From Candidatus Nomurabacteria bacterium (GTDB lineage: Bacteria; Patescibacteriota; Minisyncoccia; Phycocordibacterales; UBA9973), in assembly GCA_009695015.1 (NCBI GenBank), contig SIBT01000001.1, positions 1 through 39,005 on the forward strand: 39,005 nt of DNA. Direction: 5' to 3'. Below are positions 18,901 through 26,009 of the stretch, in pieces (positions within the stretch are counted from its first letter, which is position 1; every line of letters begins with the position of its first letter). Under the pieces are notes generated by a model. It searched no databases. It was not told the DNA's origin and saw only the letters and a list, made by a program, of their open reading frames with translations. The position numbers were made by a program, and so were the translations under genes.

Positions 18901-19447
18901 TCTGGTCATTTATTTTTTTGACCACATTCCATACAGATTCGATATAATCATTTTGATAAGTCACATACGGATGCTCTTGATCAGCCCAATAGCCCATTCG
19001 CTTGGTGAAATTTTTCCATAATTCAATGTACTCCCAGACGCTGTCTTTGCACAATTTATTAAAAGCTGCAATACCATAATTTTCAATATCTGTTTTTGAT
19101 TTAAACCCAAGCTTTTTTTCTATCTGTAATTCGACAGGTAACCCATGCGTATCCCAACCACCCTTCCTGCGCACATGATACCCTCGCATTGTTTTATAAC
19201 GAGGAATAACATCTTTAAAAGCAAAAGGTGCCATCGTATGTAAAACTGGTTTGGAGTTTGTTGTGACTGGACCATCATAAAAAACAAATTCCCCTTTGGG
19301 CGAATCTTTTTGTAAAGATTTTTCAAAAATTTTATTCTCTTTCCAGAATTGCAAAACAGTTTCCTCACGTTTTGCCATGTCGGAGCTACCAGCGGAGACT
19401 GGAAGTGCTACATCGAATTTTCTATTTTCTTCTTGGTTATTTCCCAT
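15920..19447 (-). CDS. ileS: Isoleucyl-tRNA synthetase (type 2) with an inserted histidine-phosphatase (PGAM-like) domain
   Basis: [24 protein letters not shown] (CP1 editing), [23 protein letters not shown], KMSKS. The insert spans aa ~517-705 with KYFVMRHGE ... ILIISHG. A T-box with an Ile codon lies upstream. Confidence 0.93.
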   Translation of the reverse strand: [1175 protein letters not shown]

Positions 19448-19632
19448 ATAAAAAACTCGTCTTCATAAAACAGGTTTCTGTTTTACAAGGACGAGTTTTC
19501 CGCTCGTGGTACCACCTCGTTTTTTACCCGCCTCTGACGGGATTTCTCATTACAGCTATAACGGGCCTACCCGTCGGGTTCTACTTTAATTTCCTCCCGA
19601 AGCTTAGAGGTGATAACCTCTTCAACGCTTAT
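19448..19632 (-). promoter_or_regulatory. T-box riboswitch leader (Ile specifier AUC) with terminator/antiterminator, controlling ileS
   Basis: All on the minus strand. T-box sequence GAGGUGGUACCACG (plus-strand 19508-19516). Antiterminator: CGAGG / UGGUACC bulge / ACGAG-loop-CUCGU / CCUUG. Competing terminator: AAAACUCGUC...GACGAGUUUU plus U6 (19450-19499). Hairpin AGAGG-UUAUCA-CCUCU presents AUC+A (codon at 19612-19614). Confidence 0.85.
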
Positions 19633-19638
19633 ATGCAA

Positions 19639-19668
19639 AGTATAACATATAGTATTTAAAAATTACAA
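19639..19668 (-). promoter_or_regulatory. Putative promoter for the ileS T-box leader
   Basis: On the minus strand: TTGTAA, 18 nt, then an extended -10 TGtTATACT. Located directly downstream of the preceding gene's terminator. Confidence 0.4.
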
Positions 19669-19674
19669 ACTCAT

Positions 19675-19710
19675 AAAAAAACAGCGGACCAAATGAATGG
19701 GCCACTGTTT
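19675..19710 (-). terminator. Rho-independent terminator of the 126-aa gene
   Basis: On the minus strand: ACAGUGGCC-loop-GGUCCGCUGU (9-10 bp including one G-U) followed by U7. Confidence 0.7.
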
Positions 19711-19727
19711 GCGTTTTGAGGATTTTC

Positions 19728-20108
19728 TCAGATTGTGAATACTGGATCGTGTTTCAATTTCTGAATGATCCAGTTAAAAAAATAATTCAAGGCAATTGTA
19801 ATTGCCTGGCTCATTCTGACGAGCAGTAGAAATTTATCTTTTTCTACCGTTTCAGGTGCCATCTTTTCCATTGGCATCTCTAACGCCAGATGAACCAAAA
19901 CATAGAAAGACCTTTCTGGTTTGAAAATGTCAATGTCCATCGTTAGCTTCTCCAAAAAACCTCTGTAAAATTTCTTGGCGTGGACAATATGGTCACGCGC
20001 GTGACCATAAATTACACACAAATCTTCTTGAGAAAGACTAGTGCCTTGTTTCAGAAAAGATGCTACAGCCACAAGAGTAGGACAATCCGATCCTCTTACT
20101 AAATTCAT
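19728..20108 (-). CDS. Hypothetical protein, 126 aa, no recognised family
   Basis: Intact ORF with its own 168-nt upstream region and its own terminator. Probably helical. Contains HARDHIVH (an Rx4H pattern). Confidence 0.55.
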   Translation of the reverse strand: MNLVRGSDCPTLVAVASFLKQGTSLSQEDLCVIYGHARDHIVHAKKFYRGFLEKLTMDIDIFKPERSFYVLVHLALEMPMEKMAPETVEKDKFLLLVRMSQAITIALNYFFNWIIQKLKHDPVFTI

Positions 20109-20276
20109 AAGTTAAAAGAACTAAATGATTGGTTATGGTCGAACGAACAGCCAACACTGTAATATATTTACAGATTAAATACAAGTTTTACGTAATATCC
20201 CGAATTCTAGCTTCAAGATTCCTAATTCTTTTATTTCTCTCTTTCTTCTTTTATTTTTTAAGTGAGCTTTATTTTT

Positions 20277-21677
20277 TCATGAGGTCTTGGATTTTAGTTC
20301 CTTCTTCCCCCCGCATGCAACCACAAAATTATCATGCATTTTTTTAATTTCACTTTCGGAAAGTTTCCCGAAAACATTGACCGCCTCATCTGACTTATTT
20401 TTAAAATCAAAATCTTTTTTTAAAATTTCCGGATGCACTTTGAGCGCATGATTATTTATTCCGAGAAGATACAGCCCAGAGAGCCTTCGCACTCGCGACA
20501 GTGCAACATACCCCTGTCCAAATTCAAAAACTTGTGATAAATCCATAACCGCCGCGTCCATGCTCATACCTTGGCTTTTATGCACTGTGATAGCCCAAGC
20601 TAGTCGAAGCGGGATCTGCGTGATCTGCGCACGAATTTTACCATTCTCTTCCACCGTCCAATCCATCGGCGCCACAACAATGCTGCATCCCCCTTTAGTT
20701 TTAATGATTGGGTACCCACTAAATTCTTCAAAACTGATGACTGTACCGAGAGTGCCATTCACAAATCTTTCTTTTGGATTATTTTTAGTGCACATCACGA
20801 CAGCGCCGATTTTGAGCTCTAAATTCTCCGGTGACAAACATCCTTTCTTGAGCGTCTCCATTGTCTTATCATTGCCACTTCCCGACATTCTGAATAATTT
20901 TATTTCTTCATTAATTTTTGCAAGCTCTGTATTGTTTACTCGATCCACATCCACGTTGTGGGAATAAAGTTTTGTAATATTCGCCGGCATCTTCCCCGCA
21001 TCAATTTTTCGAGCATTTATATGACCCATATGAATTTGCGAAAAATTATTAGTGCGTATTCCAGAGAGCACCGAAAGAAAATTAATATCATCTTGGCGGT
21101 GTTGTTCAGAAAGATAACAAACTATTAGCCGTGCGCGTTCCCAGGCTCCTCCACTATAAGCAAAAGTCCCCATAGGTCGAACCTCTCGAGTAAAAGAACT
21201 TTGTTTTTCTCTTTGTTTTTCTTCCGCATAATCTCTTTTTACAATCGGTGGCAATTGGAAAAAATCCCCAACTAGAATAATTTGTATTCCACCAAAAGGC
21301 GCACTGTTTTGTTTTATTTCCCGACAAACCATGTCCACCATATCAAGCGTATTCTCCGAGAGCATCGATATCTCATCAATAATAAGTACTCGTGTGCGAT
21401 TGATACGTTTAGAAATATATTCACTGCTCGTAATTTTATCTAATTCATATTTATCTAATTTTGTTTTAATGCCAATACCGCTCCAAGAATGAATCGTCAT
21501 CCCACCGATGTGTGTCGCCGCAATGCCCGTCGAAGCTGTGATGGCCGGCTCGACACCAGAAGCGCGTAAATAACTTACAAAATTATTTATTGTATGCGTC
21601 TTTCCAGCACCCGGCTCGCCAGTCAAAAAAACATTTGCGCCAGTTTTTAAAATATCTAAAGCTTCACTTTGAGTCAT
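20277..21677 (-). CDS. Pif1/RecD-like SF1 DNA helicase (AAA_30 plus UvrD_C-like)
   Basis: Walker A GEPGAGKTH, Walker B LIIDEISML, GDFFQLPPI, ITVHKSQGMSMD, YVALSRVRRLSGLYL. Confidence 0.88.
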   Translation of the reverse strand: MTQSEALDILKTGANVFLTGEPGAGKTHTINNFVSYLRASGVEPAITASTGIAATHIGGMTIHSWSGIGIKTKLDKYELDKITSSEYISKRINRTRVLIIDEISMLSENTLDMVDMVCREIKQNSAPFGGIQIILVGDFFQLPPIVKRDYAEEKQREKQSSFTREVRPMGTFAYSGGAWERARLIVCYLSEQHRQDDINFLSVLSGIRTNNFSQIHMGHINARKIDAGKMPANITKLYSHNVDVDRVNNTELAKINEEIKLFRMSGSGNDKTMETLKKGCLSPENLELKIGAVVMCTKNNPKERFVNGTLGTVISFEEFSGYPIIKTKGGCSIVVAPMDWTVEENGKIRAQITQIPLRLAWAITVHKSQGMSMDAAVMDLSQVFEFGQGYVALSRVRRLSGLYLLGINNHALKVHPEILKKDFDFKNKSDEAVNVFGKLSESEIKKMHDNFVVACGGKKELKSKTS

Positions 21678-21692
21678 CGCTCAAGTATTCTA

Positions 21693-23453
21693 CTACATTT
21701 TCTTCGGTGCAACGATACCGAGCAGGTGCAAGCCAGTCTTTATTACGAAAGTAACAGCATACGTCAGAGCCACTTTGTATCCGGAAGTTTTGTCTTCTTT
21801 ACTCACAATCAAATTATTACCGTAAAAGCTATTGAAGGCGCGGGCAACTTCGATCAAATAATTTGCAATATAATGTGGTTCGTATTCTTTGGAAGCTCGC
21901 AAAACAACTTCTCCAAATTTGTACAACAATTTCTCTACTTCAAAAATCTCAACTCCAAATGCATGCGGATCCGGTAAAATATTTTCTTTTTGCGCTTTTT
22001 CTAAAATAGAATTCGCGCGAGCATGCGAGTATTGTAGATATGGACCAGAATCTCCTTCAAAAGAAATAGATCTTTCAAAATCATAAACGATATCTCCGCC
22101 AGTTGATTGTTTTAGGATAGAATATTTTATTGCCGAGACAGCAACATCATCAGAAATCTTTTCCCTTTCTTCATTTCCAAATTCCCGGTCCGTCATCTTT
22201 TCTAAAACCAAATCACGAACGTCACTCAAAAGAGATTCACCTGTGATCACATTTTCTTTTCTCGAGCTCATCTTGCCACCCACGAAGCGCATCATGCCGT
22301 GCGTGATATGAAACATTTTCTTCTCATGTTCGGGATTAATCAGAGAGATAGCTTTAGCAACTACCTTCATATAATCCATCTGTTCGTTGGCAGTGACAAT
22401 GATAGATAAATTGAGACCCGGCTTTGTTTTAAATTTCTCTTCGGTGAGCCCGAGCTCCTTGGTCTCATAAGTAGATAAACCTTTGGATGTGATAAATACT
22501 CTAGTATGAAGTTTGGGATCGTATTTTTCAGCCTTGAAAACAATTGCATTATCAGATTCTTCAAAAATCATCTTGCTATGTGGAGCATCAATAACTTTAT
22601 CTAAATTATCTTTCACGATTCTCTCTCCAATCGGCGCCATCTGACTTTCTAAGAAATAAAAATCAAACTTTGTGCCGAGAATTTTATACAAATCCTCAAA
22701 AGCTTCCATCGTCGTCTTGAATCCCCAATCATATATTTCATTTATTTTTTTATCACTCTTGTCGTATATTTTCTTATTTATTTCATCTATTTCTATCTTA
22801 GCCTCCGAATTATTCTCGCATGCTTCTGACCCTTTCGCATAAGCTCTGCCAATATTTGCAGCTTGAAGCGTGCGCGTCCATTTTTTGTCTTGCAATTTAT
22901 CATTTTTCAAAAGTCCATAAATAGCCTTTGCCACATGCAATCCCACATCTCCCTGATAATTAACCCGAGATACTTCTGCGCCCGAGTGCGCCAAAATCCT
23001 CGCCACTGACTCCCCGATCGCATTCGTCATCAAATGCCCTATATGAAAAGGTTTGAAAGGATTGGGATCAGTGTACTCGATCATTATTTTTTTACCAGTA
23101 AGGACATCATTTTTCCCTATATTGTATCCTTGATTCAAAATTTCTTCCACACTTCGAGCAAAAAATTTGCGCGATAAATAAAAGTTTATAAACCCCGCGC
23201 CAGCAACTTGAATTTCCTGTATTTCAGGAAATTCACCGACAGTTTGTCGAAGAGTCGCAACAATCTTTTCAGCCAATTCTTTCGGGTTACTCTTCACATC
23301 CTTGGCGATAACTAAAGCAATGTTTGTAGAATAATCCCCCATCTTCAAATCTGCGGGATGTTCGAGAGCAATATCAGCAACTTCTATATCCAAATTTTTT
23401 AGAGCATCTTTTATTAAATTTTTTATTTTGTCTCCCATTTTTTTATAATACAT
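21693..23453 (-). CDS. argS: Arginyl-tRNA synthetase
   Basis: EYTDPNPFKPFHIGHLMTNAIG (HIGH), MSSRKENV (KMSKS-equivalent), DALR-type C-terminus ending in M. Alternative ATG at 23438. Confidence 0.93.
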   Translation of the reverse strand: MYYKKMGDKIKNLIKDALKNLDIEVADIALEHPADLKMGDYSTNIALVIAKDVKSNPKELAEKIVATLRQTVGEFPEIQEIQVAGAGFINFYLSRKFFARSVEEILNQGYNIGKNDVLTGKKIMIEYTDPNPFKPFHIGHLMTNAIGESVARILAHSGAEVSRVNYQGDVGLHVAKAIYGLLKNDKLQDKKWTRTLQAANIGRAYAKGSEACENNSEAKIEIDEINKKIYDKSDKKINEIYDWGFKTTMEAFEDLYKILGTKFDFYFLESQMAPIGERIVKDNLDKVIDAPHSKMIFEESDNAIVFKAEKYDPKLHTRVFITSKGLSTYETKELGLTEEKFKTKPGLNLSIIVTANEQMDYMKVVAKAISLINPEHEKKMFHITHGMMRFVGGKMSSRKENVITGESLLSDVRDLVLEKMTDREFGNEEREKISDDVAVSAIKYSILKQSTGGDIVYDFERSISFEGDSGPYLQYSHARANSILEKAQKENILPDPHAFGVEIFEVEKLLYKFGEVVLRASKEYEPHYIANYLIEVARAFNSFYGNNLIVSKEDKTSGYKVALTYAVTFVIKTGLHLLGIVAPKKM

Positions 23454-23465
23454 AACACCTAGAGC

Positions 23466-23888
23466 CTATTTCTTCCCTGTACTTCCAAACCTATCCTCAC
23501 CACGAACTGACTCACTTAGTGTATCAGTTTCTTCGAGTTTTGCTATAGTTACCGGTAAGATAACAAGTTGAGCAATTTTATCCCCCTCTTCAAAAGTATA
23601 CGGCTTATCAGATAAATTTACTAAATGTGTATTGTATTCACCTCGATATCCCGCATCAAACACTCCGCCCATGTGAGCAAGTCCAGCTTTCGAAATACTT
23701 CCTTTATCCATCACGATTGCACCGTATCCTTCAGGAATTTCTAGAGCAAACCCGTGCCAAAAACGATAATGTTCGCCTGGTTTTATTGTAGCCGTCTCCA
23801 TCGCATACATATCCATTCCTACATCCCCCGGATGAGCATAGCTTGGCAATTTTGCCCCCTCTTTTAGTTTTTTAATTTTGATTTTCAT
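23466..23888 (-). CDS. dut: dUTP diphosphatase
   Basis: 140 aa, with AHPGDVGMDMYA, GVFDAGYRGE and RGEDRFGSTG motifs. Confidence 0.92.
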   Translation of the reverse strand: MKIKIKKLKEGAKLPSYAHPGDVGMDMYAMETATIKPGEHYRFWHGFALEIPEGYGAIVMDKGSISKAGLAHMGGVFDAGYRGEYNTHLVNLSDKPYTFEEGDKIAQLVILPVTIAKLEETDTLSESVRGEDRFGSTGKK

Positions 23889-23894
23889 TTTATT

Positions 23895-24593
23895 TCAAAA
23901 ATTTTTTATCTTTCTTATTAATTTTTTGTAAATTTCTTCATGGATATCAAGAAAGGTTCTAAGTTCTTTATTTTTCATGCATTCTATCTTTAACCAATTT
24001 TTTTGAGTTTTCGCTAGCCATAATGCGCTTTGGATAGAATTTTTTAAGAAATTTTTATCTTTCTCGTGAACATCTTTCTTGTTGCCCAAATACGCGCGAG
24101 CGCCTTTATAATTTCGATCTTTGATTAATTTTAAAACTATATCGAGCGGCAAAGATAAATATACAGTCAAATCCGGCGCTGGAATTTTGAAAACTTTGTA
24201 TTCCATCTCCGAAAGCCACTCTAAAAACGCTTCACGTTTTTTTACATTATAAATTTTCCCTCCTTGATGAATTTGATTTGAAGAAATATAACGATCCATC
24301 ACCACGATGTATCCTTTTTTAAGCCAGTTTTCTATCTTTTTTTTAGATTCCCATCTGTCAGCCGCGTATAGGACAGAAGCGATTTTTGGGTGAATATTTA
24401 CCCACTTATAATATTGTTCGGAAAGACAATGCGCAATAAATTTTCCAAAAAAATTATCTTCGTAGCGTGGAAAATGAATAAAACGTACTTTTCGTCCATC
24501 TTTGCGAAAATGCTTCATGAGCAAGTTTGCTTGGGTAGTCTTCCCACTCCCATCTGTGCCGTCTATTACAATCAGTTTGCCCCTTTTAGACAT
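23895..24593 (-). CDS. tmk: Thymidylate (dTMP) kinase
   Basis: GKLIVIDGTDGSGKTTQ P-loop, DRY(I) motif, lid region. Confidence 0.88.
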   Translation of the reverse strand: MSKRGKLIVIDGTDGSGKTTQANLLMKHFRKDGRKVRFIHFPRYEDNFFGKFIAHCLSEQYYKWVNIHPKIASVLYAADRWESKKKIENWLKKGYIVVMDRYISSNQIHQGGKIYNVKKREAFLEWLSEMEYKVFKIPAPDLTVYLSLPLDIVLKLIKDRNYKGARAYLGNKKDVHEKDKNFLKNSIQSALWLAKTQKNWLKIECMKNKELRTFLDIHEEIYKKLIRKIKNF

Positions 24594-24607
24594 AGAAGAA
24601 CTATACC

Positions 24608-24631
24608 AAAAAGAAGCTTTAATTTAAAGCT
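24608..24631 (-). terminator. Possible weak terminator after glyA
   Basis: On the minus strand: AGCUUUAA-A-UUAAAGCU followed by UCUUUUU. The stem is AU-rich and tmk starts about 15 nt later. Confidence 0.3.
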
Positions 24632-24651
24632 GAATCACTTTTCTATACTTT

Positions 24652-25896
24652 CTACACAAACCTCTTTGGTATTGGAAACTTTTTTGCAAGAGCTTTTATT
24701 TCTTTATGCACTTTTTCTTTTAATTTTTTATCGTCTTTATTTTTCAAAACTTGGATCATAAGCTCGGCAACTTTTGCACATTCTTTCTCTTTAAAACCAC
24801 GCGTGGTAATAGCCGGCGTACCAAATCTGATACCGGACGGATCAAGAGGCTTCCTCGTATCCCCAGCGATAGCATTCATATTGAGCGTCATACCCACTTC
24901 ATCGAGAACAGTCTGCGCTTCTTTGCCAGTCACCCCCAAAGAACCAAAAACATCAGCTAGAATGAGATGATTGTCTGTACCTCCGCCGATCATACGAATT
25001 TTATTCTTCTTAAATACTTCCGCCATCGCTTTGGCATTTTTTAGAACTTGCTTGGCGTATTGTTTAAACTTTGGCGTCATGGCTTCTCCGAAAGCTACAG
25101 CCTTCGCTGCAATAATATGCATATGTGGACCACCCTGGATTCCGGGGAAAATAGATTTATCAATTTTTTTCGCTATTTCTTCGTTCTCTCTAGTGAGAAT
25201 AATTCCTCCACGCGGACCACGGAGAGTTTTGTGTGTCGTAGAAGTGATAATATCAAAACCATCATCAAAAGGATTGCGAAGCGCACCAGCAGCAATGAGT
25301 CCAGCAATGTGCGCCATGTCTGCCATCGTGATCGCCCCCACTTCACGTGCAATTTCTACAAATTTTTTATAATCCAATGTGCGTGAATAAGCCGAAAATC
25401 CAGCCAGAATAATTTTTGGCTTCTTTTCGATCGCAACCCGACGAAGTTCCTCGTAATCAATTTCACCGGTCTCTGGATTCTTCATCTTATAGGTGACGAA
25501 TTTATAGATCTTGGCAGGCAAAGTCATCGGATGCCCGTGGGTTAAATGTCCTCCGTGAGAAAGATCCATCCCGAGCACCGTATCTCCTGGCGCCAACAAG
25601 GCCGCATACACTGCAAGATTGGCTGGAGCACCAGAATGTGATTGCACATTAGCAAATTTACATTTAAATAATTTACAGACACGTTCAATAGCCAGACGTT
25701 CAATCGCATCCGTAAATTCCTGCCCACCATAATAACGTCGTCCCGGATACCCTTCTGAATATTTATTCGTAAAGACAGAACCGTTCGCCCTCAAAACATC
25801 TTCGGAAACATAATTTTCTGATGGAATAAGTTCTAAGCCCTCTCGTTGCCTCTTCTCTTCTCCTTTTATTAATTTTTCTACTAGTTTGTCTCGCAT
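24652..25896 (-). CDS. glyA: Serine hydroxymethyltransferase
   Basis: LIPSENY, GYPGRRYYGG, VQSHSGAPAN, TTHKTLRGPRGG (PLP lysine). Confidence 0.96.
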   Translation of the reverse strand: MRDKLVEKLIKGEEKRQREGLELIPSENYVSEDVLRANGSVFTNKYSEGYPGRRYYGGQEFTDAIERLAIERVCKLFKCKFANVQSHSGAPANLAVYAALLAPGDTVLGMDLSHGGHLTHGHPMTLPAKIYKFVTYKMKNPETGEIDYEELRRVAIEKKPKIILAGFSAYSRTLDYKKFVEIAREVGAITMADMAHIAGLIAAGALRNPFDDGFDIITSTTHKTLRGPRGGIILTRENEEIAKKIDKSIFPGIQGGPHMHIIAAKAVAFGEAMTPKFKQYAKQVLKNAKAMAEVFKKNKIRMIGGGTDNHLILADVFGSLGVTGKEAQTVLDEVGMTLNMNAIAGDTRKPLDPSGIRFGTPAITTRGFKEKECAKVAELMIQVLKNKDDKKLKEKVHKEIKALAKKFPIPKRFV

Positions 25897-25907
25897 GAAT
25901 TTTAATT

Positions 25908-26001
25908 AAGTGAATAAAGAATTTTCTTTTTATAAGGTCCTCGATTCTTCGAGTCCTTATCCCGGCCAGACCATTCTAAAAAGCAAATTCTTTATTCACT
26001 T
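25908..26001 (-). repeat. 94-nt extended imperfect hairpin (about 34 bp in total) between the MBL gene stop and the glyA start
   Basis: Outer 17-bp perfect stem AAGTGAATAAAGAATTT / AAATTCTTTATTCACTT. Then CTTTTT(T)A/T(A)AAAAG, ATAAGG/CCTTAT and CTCGA/TCGAG with a 4-nt loop. A 17-nt one-sided bulge is present. Confidence 0.6.
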
Positions 26002-26009
26002 TACCACAA

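Noticed and set aside
18587-19021. Long antisense or shadow ORFs in the track (for example 18587-19021, 24971-25372, 20560-20967, 1867-2244, 29602-29973, 844-1050)
   Set aside because: Each lies wholly inside a strongly supported conserved gene on the opposite strand. Their translations are low-complexity and have no recognisable motifs.
25897-26009. A known riboswitch class (ZTP/pfl, THF, glycine or T-box) upstream of glyA
   Set aside because: I see none of the conserved cores as I remember them: no CCGCCTGGG-type ZTP 3' motif, no GGUGGUACC, no glycine-aptamer-type motifs. It is retained only as an unclassified hairpin.
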